From the human T2T-CHM13v2.0 reference genome, Homo sapiens: DNA of 64,000 nucleotides. The notes under the pieces are model-generated. The model saw nothing but the letters and a program-made list of their open reading frames with translations. It was not told the DNA's origin and made no database searches. The stretch is taken from assembly GCF_009914755.1 (NCBI RefSeq), contig NC_060932.1; one strand, 5' to 3'. Shown here in pieces: positions 30,441 through 47,040 of the stretch (its first letter is position 1; the number at the start of each line of letters is the position of its first letter). The position numbers and the translations under genes were made by a program.

Positions 30441-30857
30441 TATATTAGTCCATTTTGCATTGCTGTGAAGGAATACCTGAGACTGAGTAACTTATAAGGA
30501 AAAAGTTTACTTTTGGCTTATGGTTCTGCAGACTTTAACAAGAAGCATGGTGTCAGCATCTGTGTCTGGTGAGGCCTTAGAAAGCTTACAATCATAGCAG
30601 AAGGCAAAGGCGAGGCATGTTTGTCACATAGAGAGAGAGGGAGCAAGAGAGGGAGGAAGGGCCAGGCTCTTTTTAACAATCAGATCTGGTGGTAAATAAT
30701 AGAGCAGGAACTCACTCATTACCACCTAGAGGGCACCAAACCATTCATGAAGGATCCACCCCCATGACTAAAACACCTCCCACTATGCCCTACCTCCAAC
30801 ATTGGAGATCACATTTAAACATGGGATTTGCAGGGGTCAGGCATCCAAACTATATAA
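30441..30857 (-). mobile_element. MST (MSTB-like) MaLR solo LTR
   Basis: TATTAGTCCATTTTGCATTGCT...CATCCAAACTATAT, reverse MST. Confidence 0.88.
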
Positions 30858-31859
30858 AGTAGTATGCCCTTTTTAAAATATGCATATGTAGTATACTTCA
30901 TTCTATTTTAACATTACTGCTCTATAATCTTCTTACATGTTAACAATATCAATGGCCCTATATTCAGAGGCCAATATGGGGTCTTTTCAAGGTTGTGAAC
31001 AATCTCCACACAGCCAGGGGAAGTCTTCTGAGGAAAGCAGGTATACTAAGGACTATCCTCATGATTAGATGATCAAAAAGAAAGTATTTGATTTTCAAGG
31101 TGTCCCCACATTTGTCCAACACCAAGAAATCAAGTACAGCAAAGGTTAATGAAATTTGACAATTGGAAAATACAAGCAGAAAGAGAAAGATGCAAAACAG
31201 AAATAAACAGCAACAAAGGGAAAACGTTTTGCACACTAGAAATTGAGTTTTGTTAAAAGCAAAAGGAGTCTCTGCAGCCTTTGGGTACAACACAGACCTA
31301 AGCATGTTACCACCACTCGAAGGTGTTCCATCAGCCAAAACAGGGAAAACCTTTGGAGAGATCATGCACTAAAACAATAGAACCAAAGATGAGGTTTTAC
31401 TTTTAATCACCTAATGTGGGAAGACTAACAGTTAAGCAAAGAAACGTGTGTTATATATGTTATCACTCATTGTATATAAGATAAATATGCCTAAATATAT
31501 TGCATAAGCAAACTATTTGCATTTCACTCATTCGTCTTGATCAATTAATTCTTTCACTTCCAAGTCCAAGATGGCAAAGAATTTACTAAATCAACAGTTC
31601 TCACACTTTTTAACTTAGGTTCTGATTCAGAAGATCACATGATCTGATGGACACTAAGATTTGAGAACTGCTGTTTGTTTTTTCAAGTGGAAAAACCTGG
31701 AACCAGCTGACTCCAATCAACCAGCTGGATACATTTTTGTGCTTAAGTAAGAGTGAGGCAGGATGGGGGAGTCCTTAATTGATTCTGCTAGACTTCAAGT
31801 TACATAGGCAAACATCATGCACTCAAACATGAACAGTATATGACTGAGTACTGCCAGGT

Positions 31860-32322
31860 GTGTGTTATCTACTGCCACAGTAATAATGTGTAACAAACCA
31901 AAAATCCTTAGTGGCATTTAACAATAAATGTTTATTTCTCACATGTCTGGAATGGTTGGCTAGATGGCTAGATGCCTCTGCTTATCTTGGCTGGGCTCAC
32001 TCACATGTGAGTGTTGGCTGGCTGTGGTCTAATCTCAGATAGCCTCAGCTGGGATATCTAAAGCGATTCAGCTCTGATCCATGTGTCTCTAGTAACAAGT
32101 CAGGGCTCGTTCTCATAACCAAGGCAGAAAGCAAACAAGCCCAGGCATACATACACTTTTCTTTTCTGATTGTATTATGTTTACCAACCTCCCATCAGCC
32201 AAAGCAAGGCATGTGGCCTAGGCTAACATTAAGATAGGTATACACTATAAAGTTAGACAGCAAAGAATATGGATATGGGGAGGGGGTAAAAAATGGGGGC
32301 AATTTTTGCAATCTGCTGCAAA
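31860..32322 (-). mobile_element. MLT1-family MaLR LTR
   Basis: GTTATCTACTGC...TAACAAACC..AAAAT..TTAGTGGC..TAACAATAAA pattern of reverse MLT1. Confidence 0.65.
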
Positions 32323-32389
32323 AGATTACCCAGGTTTTATTTTAGTACCATGCTAGGCATTATAGGAGGTTCAAAATTCATCTGTGCCC

Positions 32390-33445
32390 AGGGATGATAA
32401 GCATTTTTTCATATGTTTGTTGGCTGCATAAATGTCTTCTTTTGAGAAGTGGGTGTTCATATCCTTTGACCACTTTTTCATGGGATTGTTTTTTTCTTGT
32501 AAATTTGTTTAACTTCCTTGTACATTCTGGATATTAGACCTTTGTCAGATGGATAGATTGCAAAAATTTTCTCCCATTCTGTAGGTTGTCTGTTCACTCT
32601 GAGGATAGTTGCTTTTGCTGTGCAGAAGCTCTTTAATTTAATTAGATCCCATTTGTCAGTTTTGGCTTTTGTTGCCATTGGTTTTTGTGTTTTAGTCATG
32701 AAGTCTTTGCCCATGCCTATCAAAACTACAATGAGATACCATCTCACGCCATTTAAAATGGTGATCATTAAAAAGCAAGGAAACAACAGATGCTGGAGAG
32801 GCTGTGGAGAAATAGGAATGCTTTTACACTGTTGGTGGGGGTGTAAATTAGTTCAACCATTGTGGAAGACAGTGTGGTGATTCCTCAAGGATGTAGAACT
32901 AGAAATACCATTTGACCCAGCAACCCCATTACTGGGTATATACCCAGAGGATTATAAATCATTCTACTATAAAGACACATGCACACGTATGTTTATTGTG
33001 GCACTGTTCACAATAGCAAAGACTTGGAACCAACCCAAATGCCAATCAATGATAGACTGGATAAAGAAAATGTGGCACATATGCACCATGGAATACTATG
33101 CAGCCACAAAAAATGATGAGTTCATGTCCTGTGCAGGGAGATGGATGAAGCTGGAAACCATCATTCTCAGCAAACTAACACAAGAACAGAAAACCAAACA
33201 CTGCCATGTTCTCACTCATAAGTGGGAGCTGAACAATGAGAACACATGGACACAGGGAGGGGAACATCACACACTGGGGCCTGTTGGGGGGCGGAGGGAG
33301 AGGGGAGGGATAGCATTAGGAGAAATACTCAATGTAGATGATGGGTTGATGGGTGCAGCAAACCACCATGGCACATGTATACCTATGTAACAAACCTGCA
33401 CATTCTGCACATGTACTCCAGAACTGAAAGTATAATTTTAAAAAA
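32390..33445 (+). mobile_element. 5'-truncated L1PA with inverted 5' segment (32390-32720)
   Basis: Reverse ORF2 segment joined to forward ATCAAAACTACAATGAG; TSD AAAATTCATCTGTGCCC (32373-32389) / AAAATCATATGTGCCC (33762-33777). Confidence 0.92.
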
Positions 33446-33808
<363 letters not shown>

Positions 33809-36511
33809 TCAAAAGGTGGACCATGATCCATTAGTGGGTTATTAAATCAATTTAATGAATTGTGGAAAACATTTAATGGGATGGGGGTGGAATGGAATGG
33901 GAGAATAAAATAGAATAGCACAAATCAGAGTTCATCGTTGACACTAAGGTAAGTATTGATTCATGAAACCTTTGACTGAAGTGTATGTAGGCACACATAT
34001 GCAGTGCCCAGTGAAAAATACATCTGTAGATTTTAGACAGAAATTTGAAAGTCATTTTTAAAGCATACTGATCTAAAGTAAAATTCTGATTTTTGCCATC
34101 AGTGATTCTCACTGATGAATGAATGAGCACTTCAGCTAAAGAGTAAAACCTAGGTCTTCACTAAGCAATGTCTGATGAGCAAGGAGGAAAATTGTGGAGC
34201 AGTGAAAGTTTACCTTTCAGTATAAGTCATAGTCTCAGATCTCCAAAAAGCTTACAGATTTTCATAGCAGCAGAAACTAATGCATAATTTTAAAACTCTA
34301 GACCATCACTAAGATGAATGTGTTATAATCAGGTGGCAAATGGAAGATACCGCTTGAAAGCAGTATTAAGATAAAATAACTCCCTGGAAGAAAATTTTTT
34401 TTGAGCTTCCACTTTGCACCAAGGACTTAACAACAACCCTGTGAAGTGGATCATATGGTTATCATCTACTGGTTGTGTGATTGGAGCACACTACTTAACC
34501 TCTCCAAACCCCCACTTTCCTATGTGTAAAAATGGCAACTGTAAAGCTTATTTCACAGAATTCCTAACAAGGGCTTGACACAAAGTAGAAACACACGAAA
34601 AAGTTAATTTACCCTTTATTTATCTTTGTAACCCTCACAGCACCTAGCAGGGTACCTAGAAAATGGTTGGTGCTCAGTTAGTCAGCTTGTAGAAAGTGGA
34701 TGATGCTCCCCAGAGCCAAGCAGATTTCCTTGGGACTACCTGGCCCTCTCTGTCAAGAAAGTCCCCTTGGAAGGCAACATTTCTGGATAGAGGACTTATC
34801 TCCCCCATCTCAAACCAGAAAGCAATTGATCACTCAGTCATCTTGAGAAGTGTCTTATGTTCTTTCCCACCACCAACATGGTCTGAGGTTGTCTCCCTTT
34901 TCCTTCTTCTTGACTCCACAGAAAATGAGGCTTTGTAACTTTTCTTTGCTCTAGGGTCCTGTGGCTCCTCATTGGCATTTGACATTAATCCCTAAGTATA
35001 CCATTTTCTATATTCCATAGTTAGTTCTGAAATAGTTATTAATGAACAAGAGTCCTACTTTAACCCAATAGTGAGTTCCACCAAGACAAATTCTGTGGCT
35101 TCTTGTGCATGTTGTCTATCTTTGGTGGAAGCATATTTATGGAATTGTTTATTTCACTGACTGTTCTCTTTGCAGAGGAATAGTACAATTGGAAATTTTT
35201 AAACTATTTTGAGAGCCCAACAAAAATACTTAGCATTGAATAATAACAAATAAAATATACCATGGTTGTTTAACAGCACCTTTCTAAAAAGGTAAGAGGT
35301 AAGGTAAGCCATTTTGATGCTAATTTAGTGAGCTAATACATCATTTTCCTTAAGTAGTCTTAATGTCTCTTTGCAGATCACACTCTTACAGATTTCTTTA
35401 AGAATATAATCATTTTCTTTAAAAACCATCTGATATTGATTCTATTTCCAACAAAATAACCACGTATGTAAAGATAAGTGTTTCCTTCTGGGTTTGGGAT
35501 TAATAAATAACTTACGCACAGCTGGGTTCAAAACAAGGCAATCATTTTGGAAAAAAGAATGCATTTCTAATAACCTTAGGATCCAAATGAATACTGGAGA
35601 TGGGACTTCTTATCACACAATGAATGGTTCTGCTTCCGAACAAGATGGACTGAGCATGCGGTAGACACGTGTCGCACCATCAAATTACATTTATATGTAT
35701 GAAATACATTGTCCCAACTTGCTATTATTTGCATCACATAAATTTATTTTATCCTCTAAAAGACATAATATTACAAGAGACATGAATGCAAAGATGGGAA
35801 ATGATTCCTCCAAATGGAATGCATGAGAGACCTGAGCTGGAAGATTGCTATGACTAGAGAAACCTATGCAATTGAAAAGGCTACCGTTTAATCAAAAGAA
35901 TTTGCAATCACAATTCAGTGGGGTCTAAACTTCAGCAAATAGAACATTTATGGTTTTGAGCACTTCTGAGTGACCCTAAAGTTCCAAAACACATCATCAT
36001 TTGTAATGTTGTTTGTGTGTTAATTTGAACTGTGTATACTGTAGCATGATCTCACCTAGACCAATAACAGGAGAGAAGGGTTTTAGAATCAGGTGGCAGG
36101 GAGGAGCACTCTGGTGAAGCATGAAGGCACTAACATTAGTATCTCAGTTTAGCTTTGCTGTTCTTTTATCACTGAATGGGAGGTCACTGAATTTTAAGGT
36201 ATACTTTATTACACTGTATAAGGAAGCCATATTCCAGAGGCGTGGTAATGAAGTTACAGCCCTGAGAATGTCAACAGTCTAGTCTACAGTTAAATAGCAA
36301 CCTGACTCTTCCCTTATGTTTCTAATCAAGGAACCCCACACTTAAAGAGTATTGTCCCCAAAGTGGCACTTTAGCTGCATCTTCAACAGGCTATTCCAGT
36401 GCTCAATTAGGGTAGCAGCTTCTGGATGGTGTAGTGTGTGATACAACCAGTAGATCCCATGATAACAATTGCATTCTCCCATTTCCTTCATTGCACAAAT
36501 GCTATGGATCA

Positions 36512-36648
36512 GGCCAGGCGCACTGGCATATGCCCGTAGTCCCAGAAACTCGGGAGGCTGAGCCAGCACTATCACTTAAGCCCATTCAAGTCCAGCCTGA
36601 GCAACAAAGCAAGACCCAATCTACAAGAAAGAAAGAAAGAAAATAGTA
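36512..36648 (+). mobile_element. FLAM (free left Alu monomer)
   Basis: Single 7SL-derived monomer with A-rich tail; TSD AAATGCTA(T/A)GGATCA (36497-36511 / 36649-36663). Confidence 0.85.
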
Positions 36649-38921
36649 AAATGCTAAGGATCAGAAAGCCTCCAGATATTGGTCCTGGCTGAGGTTCTGT
36701 AGGCAAGAAAGGCAAACTCATATCTAGAATAAGTATTTATTCCTGTTAGAGCAAATCACTAGTGCTTCCAAAACAAAAAGACTCCAGTGAAGTCAACTTG
36801 CCACCATGTAGCTGGTCTCAGCTGCCTGTATGCATGTACATGTGTAACCTTCATCTCTGCCTCTGTGGCCTCTTCATTCATGGGCCCAGTGTGCAGTTCT
36901 GAAGTGGCCAGTGACAAAAGCTGGCTAATGTCAACTGTCTCAGTCACTTTGTCTACTTGTTGGTTTCAATGCCACTTCAATGGTATATGCATATGGGTAA
37001 GGATTAATTAACATGTGATACAAAAATCACATTTCATGCCAACTTCCATCTTTTCCACCACATACTTCTACCCCAGATCTTATACCTGATCTTCCAATCT
37101 TTTTCCTTCCAGGTCCTTGACCAGTTGGTCAGGCCATTCATCATTGCCCACAAGTTTGTATATATTCTCACCTCAGGCTAGTTTTTATTCCTCACAAAGT
37201 AGATAACCAAGTACATTGTTCAAAGCTCTACTATGGGAAGATTTTTTTTTCTCAGCATTAATTTCCAAGGCCTCCCCTGCATGTGGCTGTATTGCTACTG
37301 CCATCTATTTTCAGCTTGGGCTCAAATTCCAAGCCAACGCATCCAAAAACCAACCTCAGGGATTTTCTTTCTCCTTTGGCTCTCTTCCCACCTTGTCTTC
37401 CCACCATATAGCCATGTTTGAGTTAAGGGATGGGTTGGGTGAAACCATGATGAGTGACATGGGGTCTGGGCTACTTATGCCCTCTGGCCGTGATCTTGGC
37501 TACACCATTTCTATCTTATGATGGATTGCTGCTGTGCTCATCCAATTGTATGGCATGATGGGTCAACAGAACCCAACTCATAAAAGCAGTTCCAGATGCA
37601 TGATCATTTAGGTCTGCGGATTACATGCCCATATGACAGAGCTGCTTATGCCACCATCTGAATCTGCTGCAGAGCCCTTTCCTGTTCCACACCCCTCTCA
37701 AAACTGACAGCCTCTTGGGTCTTGTGATTTATGGGCTAGAGCAGTAATCCTAGATGTGGAATGTGAACCTCTGGTACCTGAGAAAACCTAACAGACATGT
37801 ACTTCCTTCTTTGTAGCAGTGCATGGAAGATGACGCAAGTTACCTTATACTTTGGAGATGTCCCAGCCTGCCCTTGGGACCACTGGACCCGTAACAATGT
37901 TCCCAAAGTTTCATGTTCTTAAGTCTTTGTAGAATTTATCTACCACCTTCTAGACTGAGCACCAAGGGCCTCCAGTGTGCTAACTAACCTCTCTTGCACA
38001 TACTGCCTGACCAGCATGATGTCACTGGTGTAGTAAGTCAGTGGATATTCTGCAGGATGTCCCAGCAGTCTATATCTTTTCAGACTACATTAACGCACAG
38101 GACAGACAACCTAAAATACCCCTGAGGCAAAACTGCAAGTGTATATTGCTTTTCATCTTTGTATATGCATGTAAACTGTTTGCAGCCTCTTCCCTGATAG
38201 GGAAAGAAAAGAGCCTTATCACCAAATCAATGGCTACATACTGAGTAACAAAGGCATATTAATGCACTCTAGCAAGCTAGATTCATTTTGCCACAGTTAC
38301 CACAATCAAGGCTATGACTTGGTTGGGTCTGTGTTAGTCTCTAATCATTCTCCAGGATCTATCCAGTTTCTGCAGAAACTAGACTGGTTAATTAAATAAA
38401 GGTATGTTGGGGACCATCACTACTACATTCTTGAGATCCTTAAGGGGGCACTAACTTTCACCTTTCTTCCCATGGTGTGCTATTGCTTTTTATTTATTAT
38501 CGCAGCTAGAGATGTGAGCAGGCAGTTTCAAAGGCTTCTTCTTGGCCCTCCCCATGATCATAGCTTTACTCCACAGGCTAAAATACCCAATTTCCAAGTT
38601 TGTCAATTCAAATTATATATTTAGGAGGTGGGAAAAAGACCACCCAGTGAGGCTGTGGTAAAATTCAGTGAGTTCAGTTAGTCCATTATATAACCACCCA
38701 AGTAAATAGCCATAGGTCCTATTGTGGAAGGGCTGGAAGAATTATTACTGTATGTACCTGCCATGATGATGCAGAATCCTTCTCACTGGAAACCAGACAC
38801 CCCTTCAGGCACTTAAGTCTGAGGCTGAAAACTGACTCAGGTTCAATAACTACAAAAATAGATCATGACTTTTTATTGCGATGACTGCCCTCCTTTTTCT
38901 ACTCTTCCATGATTGCCTTTC

Positions 38922-40987
<2,066 letters not shown>

Positions 40988-41189
40988 CATGATTGCTTTT
41001 CATGATTAAATATATGTATTGGGCAATACATTCTTTGACTCTTTTCCTATTTTATCCCTTAGCATTGTTATTTATATTCTCTTAACTATCTCCCCACAAC
41101 TTTCTTTAGGTTCAGCCTTCTTGGCTGCCATTTAACCTTGGCCTCTGTAGCTTCATAACTCCATCGCCCTCATTAGTATCTATTAGGAT

Positions 41190-41626
41190 TGTAACAGCCT
41201 CTCCTACCATCAGCCTTTGCCTGCAGAGGAGAGCCAAGTAAAAATAGCTGAAGACCATCCAAATGATAATAAACAGAGCTTGCTACAAGGGAGTCAGTCA
41301 CCATCACTTGTGTTTGGCCTAGACTCAAAGGCAGGCAAGGGAGCAAAAAGATTAGTAATGAAAAATAAGGGAAGGCTTCAAGTATGCTGTTTGGAGGTTG
41401 TTGGCATGAGGAAGCTGGAGGCAGGCTAACTAGAAGTGAGGCATCCTATGAGATTGATTTGATGAGCAGATTTGGCTTCTTCTGGTTGGTCCTGAGTTGG
41501 AATCAGAGGTAAAAATAATGAAGCTGGCCATTACTGGCTAAGTCCTGACCATTCTGGGACAAATGCTACAAAGATTGGGGTTTGTCTCCTCAAGCTCTTT
41601 ATAGTGGCCATTGTTCACTTTTTCAG
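41190..41626 (-). mobile_element. Probable old solo LTR (MER90-like, uncertain) inserted in ERVL gag
   Basis: TG...CA-bounded block that breaks the ERVL-like sequence; family from recalled similarity only. Confidence 0.4.
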
Positions 41627-42691
41627 CCTGTCATCTACTACTGACCTTAGAGATGTTGGTGCCTCTCTCACCTGGGCTTGGTGTATGCCCTGGACTCCTA
41701 TGGAACATACTTCTTAGATGGTCTTTCTGGCCTTGCAGAATTCATCCAAAATGCCCATTTCCATAGGTTTTTTAATCCCTCTTCCATTATGTGTCATAGT
41801 AATTCGGTCATCTAAACTGTTGGTCACTGTTTTCAGAAGGCTTTCAAGGTCTTTGCCTGGATATTAAATACTGTATCTTTTAGAAAAAGTTCCCACATTA
41901 ATAAGCTCACTCTTATCCAGTCTCGTGTTCTAGACCTCTTGATCAAGCAACCACAAATCCAGTCCCCTAGAGTCTCTCCCCACTCCTACCAGTTAATGTC
42001 AGCTAATTCTTGTAGCTCCCTTTCCTCCTTTATAAGGCCCAGTGTGTCCCTAGCTGGGCTTTGCTGCAACTCAACCAAAATGATCAACCTTATGGCTAGG
42101 AGAAGAGATGAGAATGGATCCTAAGGAGGAAATCTACTGCTTTGTAAGAAAGATGTCTCTACAGTGTGTTCCCACCTGCAGAGAGTGCCCACTCTTAGAA
42201 GGAATGAGTGAACTAACTGCAATGCTGAGGAGTCAGTGGAGTCTAAGGAGCCAAAATCTTCGGGGGCATCAATCCAGATGTCCCCATCTCATGTGTCAGG
42301 GTCCCACATGTTTTCAACAAGGCTCCTGGTCCTTGCATATATCCCTTTCATGGACTAGTCAATCATCTTAGGAGCTTGGCAACTCTATTAAATCCTGAGT
42401 TGGTCTTCAGCTTATTCTGCTCACAGACTGCAAGAAGTAAGAGTCTGAAAACCACAAAAAGCCTCTGTCGATATTCAATTGTTTGTTAACTGCCTCCAAC
42501 TTTTCATTATTCCTCTGTAAGACATCGGTGCAACTTAGTAACAATCAGGTAATTCTACCAGATTTAGCAGTTGGGCTGCTACTTCTTGACATAGTGTCTA
42601 TGTCCCACATCCTTGCCAGGCAGCAGTGAATGGTTCAGTTCTCAAGCCCTATCATATCTCCTGCTTTCTTGGGCTACTATTGCTACCAAAA

Positions 42692-43055
42692 CTGTCAGTT
42701 GGGCTTCTGAGAAACAGACACTGAAATGGAGTTAAGATGCAAAAAGTGCATGGGCCTAACACCCATGAAAAGTAAAAGGGGAAGGAAGAAAAACTGGTCA
42801 TGGAGGGTCTCCAACTATGATGGAGACCCAACCCAGTCTCAGCCAACCCACTTAGCAGCTCCAGACAGGGGAAATGTCCATTAGAGGAATTCCATGTTGA
42901 GCAGCAAGGGTCCATCATTGGCCAGGAGCTGCCTGGGAAGCTGAGGTAAACCTGAAGTTACTAGAAGAGGAGATCGTCAGCTAACTGCACTTTGCGCAGC
43001 TGAACAGCAAGTTCTCTCTTGAGAACACTCCCAGCAGCAAACTTCCATGGCAACA
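42692..43055 (-). mobile_element. LTR16-family ERVL LTR (5' LTR of the adjacent provirus)
   Basis: GGGCTTCTGAGAAACAGACACTGA.ATGGAG reverse LTR16 end abutting the PBS-like sequence. Confidence 0.7.
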
Positions 43056-43899
43056 TCATCCAAGTCCCAACATTTATACTTCCTTTCTTTTTCTCAACTT
43101 ACTCTGTTGACTATAACTTTCAGACAAACGCTAGTTAATAACAGGTACCTTGCTCTGACTTTTTAAATTTGATGAGAACATCTTAAGTATTTCCCCTTAA
43201 ACATAAGCTTGGCTATTAGTTTCAGACATTCTTTATCATGTTAAGGAAGTATAGTCTACTTATAGTTTAACTAAGGGTTATTAGTCCTTATTAGAAGGGA
43301 ATACAAATGGCTACTTAGCATCTATCAAGATCTTTTTGAACTATGATATAATAATATTAGAGTTCTTAGATGTCTGTCTCCTGGTTCTTGCTTTTGTTTG
43401 TTTGTTTTTCAGCCTTGTACTTTCTCCTTGTCTTAGACTTGATGACTGAACTGAGTTTCCCTGATTTTACCTTGTGCATTCTCTAAGAACCTTCTCTCTC
43501 TCTCTCTCTTTCTCTCTCTCTCATTCTTTCCTTCATTGGGTTGCCTTTCTGTAGCCTACAGCACACAGATCTCAATACCTGCCTGCCTGACCATGCTGTT
43601 GTCATTAATTCAATAATTGGTGCTTGTTCTTTCTTATCTTTAGAACTGTTACTTTCATGTCATGCTTTAAACATCCTGAAACTTTCTCTAATTCAAACCC
43701 AGTGCCTCAACTCATTAGATTTCATTCAAATAATGACTTTACGTTCAACTACAGCAGCAAGAGTTTTCCCACCACAAATCCTATTCTAAATTCTATGTGC
43801 CAACTCATGCAAAATTATTGACTCAATCACCTACACTATAATTTCTACAAAATAGAGTGTTAGTAAAGAAGGGCAGCCTTCTGTCCTTTCTTACCACCT

Positions 43900-44680
43900 A
43901 GTTGTCTTCAGAATATCCATTCAAAAATCCACACCAGCTTGCTCTTGCACAACTGCACATCTGGATTTCTCAATATAATTTCCTACAGAAAGAGCACAAA
44001 TGCTTTAGAGATGGCTTTTCTATTGTGGACTATTACTACACTCTATTTTGTTTATTATAAAAAATGTTCAGAAATAATTTGAGACTTGCAGGATTTATTA
44101 CTGTATTGTCAGCCTTTGATTTTATAGACAGAAGCTATTTATGGGCCAAGTTGCATGATCTCGATATTGATTCCTGGCTTTTAACAGTCCTTTGGAGCCT
44201 TTACTGTAATACCAAAAAGGGATCAAAATGGATAGGAAATGAGCTCTTGACAGAGCAGACTGCAGTCCCAAATGATACAAATGTCCAAGCCCACCTACTC
44301 CTTAATTTCCACCCAGACCATTAGATACATCTTTTGATAATTTGGATGCATGACCTCCTGTCATAGCATCCTCCTTTATGCTAATGTCACATTTCTATTT
44401 TCATTCTGAGAGTGGCCTAAGGAGCAACTATGCTTGTTGGGCAATTACTACCATGAGGAACAGCTCAATATCAATTAGACCAATACCAGGATTGCTGCTT
44501 TTGGCAAACACTCTTCAGCATTTAGATAGCAAATGCAGGGCACCTCTTAGAAAAGATAAACTCATTTCATTATCTAATGGAGCATTTTGCAACTAATTCA
44601 TCCAGACAGGCTCATTGGAATGCAGTCCAATACAAAATTAAATAGCTTACAAGTTCTACTATGGTAGAGACAGGATACTT
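43900..44680 (+). mobile_element. Ancient RTE-like LINE (L4-type) RT relic
   Basis: ORF 44064 FITVLSAFDFIDRSYLWAKL..IDSWLL..LWSLYCNT resembles non-LTR RT domain 3; HLLLNFH resembles PLLFNFY. Confidence 0.6.
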
Positions 44681-44681
44681 G

Positions 44682-45108
44682 TGATATGGTTTGGATCTGT
44701 GTCCCTGCCCAAATCTTATGTCGAATTGTAATCCCCAATGTTGAAGGTGGGGCCTGGGGGAAGTGATTGGATTATCCAGGTGGATTTCTCACAGATAATT
44801 TAGCACTATCCCCTAGGTGCTGTACTTGTGATAGTGAGTGAGTTCTCATGAGATCTGGTTGTTTAAGTGTGTAGCAGCTCCCCCTCTTGCTCTCTCTCTT
44901 GCTCCTGCTTTTGCCATGTGAACTGCCTGCTCCCCCTTGGCCTTTGCCATGATTGTAAGTTTCCTGAGGTGTCCCCAGAAGCTGAGCAGTTGCCAACATC
45001 ATGCTTCCTGCACAGCCTGCAGAACCATGGGCCAACTAAACCTCTTTTCTTTGTAAATTACCCAGTCTTGGGTACTTCTTTATAGCAGTGTGAGAACAGA
45101 CTACTACA
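44682..45108 (+). mobile_element. MST (MSTA/B) MaLR solo LTR
   Basis: TGATATGGTTTGGATCTGTGTCC start, GACTACTACA end, perfect TSD ACTTG. Confidence 0.93.
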
Positions 45109-45189
45109 ACTTGTATGGCCAATGTTCAAAAGTCTCCTGTCAGAACCCACTATGAATATTGGAGCACGGCACCAAGACCGGATTGATCA

Positions 45190-46070
45190 GGATGATGGCA
45201 ATGGACCTATTCAGCAGACAAGGTCATTACTCCACCCAAAACCCCCTCATGCCCTTCCTGCTGTTCCTGGGTGCCCCTTCTCTAGGTTCTGTGTGCTCAC
45301 ATCCAGCATGTGTATGTGTTCTTTGATGAACAACCCTCATGGCACTGGAGTGGCTTTGCCCCTCATAGTCAGAGAGCCAAAAGTGTTGAGGCTTTACATT
45401 CCAGCTCCCCCAACAGGGAATCATTGTCAAACAATGTGACTATTGAGTGCAAGAGCATGAAAGCCCAACTCCAACTTCCCTGTCTGAGGTGGGAAAATTA
45501 GAGAGTATAGTCATGTGCCACATAAAGATATTTCAGTCAATGACAGATGGCATATATGAAGGTGGTTGCATAAGATTATAATGAAGCTGCCCCATACAGT
45601 TGTATTTTTTTATCTTTTATACCATATTTTACTGTATCTTTTCTGTTTCAATACATGAATACTTACCATTGTGTTACAGTTACCTACAGTACTCAATACA
45701 GTAACATGCTGCACAGGTTTGCAGCCTAGGAGCAATAGGCTACCCTATAGCCCAGGCGTGTAGAAGGCTATGCCATCTAGGTTTTTATAAGTTCACTGTG
45801 ACTGTCACACAACAGAATTGCCTAATAAAACATTTTGCAGTAAGTTATCTCAAATGACACACAACTACTGTACAATTGACACCCCAGAGTTCTGTAGATC
45901 AGTCAAAGCTACCCTCCAAGGGACTCTGCCTGAGATCTTACTGCTTGGCTTCCTTTTCTTCCCTGTCCAGCTTCTCCCATGCCCCTTCTTCTCGGGACAC
46001 TTCCATAACAAAGCATTTACATGCAAATATTAGTCTTAGGGTCTGCTTAATAGAATCTGACTTAAAACAA
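45190..46070 (+). mobile_element. LTR16-family LTR split by a Tigger insertion
   Basis: CCTTCCCTGTCC/CTTCTCCC body and AGGGTCTGCTT..AGAATCTGACTTAAAACA 3' end. Confidence 0.65.
45509..45870 (+). mobile_element. Tigger3-type (Tc1/mariner) DNA transposon
   Basis: AGTCATGTGCCACATAA...CATAAGATTATAATGAAGCTG start; TA on both flanks. Confidence 0.8.
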
Positions 46071-46332
46071 ACTGCTAAGCATTTTCCACTTAGAAACACG
46101 TTTGGCCCTGGGCAATGGGAGGCTGAGCTCTTACGTAAGGGTCACATAGTGCCAGCTGTCGGGAGAGGAAGGAGAGTTGGGAACCAAACAGCCTAGTGTC
46201 TCTGATCAAAAGCTAAGAGGAGTGAATTGGTATTGGAGAGGAGAATTAGCTTTATTTCATTATCTTATTGTTTTAAAGTCCATGATCTTAGAGTAAGCAG
46301 TGTAAAAAGCATGCAGAACCTTCAGGATGTCT

Positions 46333-46672
<340 letters not shown>

Positions 46673-46679
46673 TCACTGT

Positions 46680-47040
46680 CACAGTTCAGGCTTTCCCAGA
46701 AGCAGAAGCAGACACTAAGAGGTTAACATGGAGGACGTTTATTAGGGAGTAGTTTGGGTATCAACACTGTGCAAGGGAAGAGTAGAAAGCAAAAAATGAA
46801 CAGATGGAGAAGCTGGGCTGAATGGTTCTCAATGGAGGCCTCTGCCAACACCACAGGAAGCTGTGAGGTTGGGTGGTCTCCTTTAGAGTTGTACCAATTT
46901 AGGTGAGAAGGTTGAGCTCTGTGTCAGTGAGTCATTGGATGAAGGCTTTCCCAGGAAGGGAGCCAACCTTGGGCAGCTGGAGGAATAAGTCCTTCAGTCC
47001 TTAATGAGATCTTGACAACACATCACAGAATCCACTATGT
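46680..47040 (-). mobile_element. LTR16-like ERVL solo LTR
   Basis: TTCCCAGAAGCAGA..CAGACACT..GTTTATTAGGGAG reverse LTR16-type end. Confidence 0.55.

Noticed and set aside
35288-35312. Triple GGTAAG on the plus strand
   Set aside because: No convincing acceptor or exon context; probably micro-repeat slippage.
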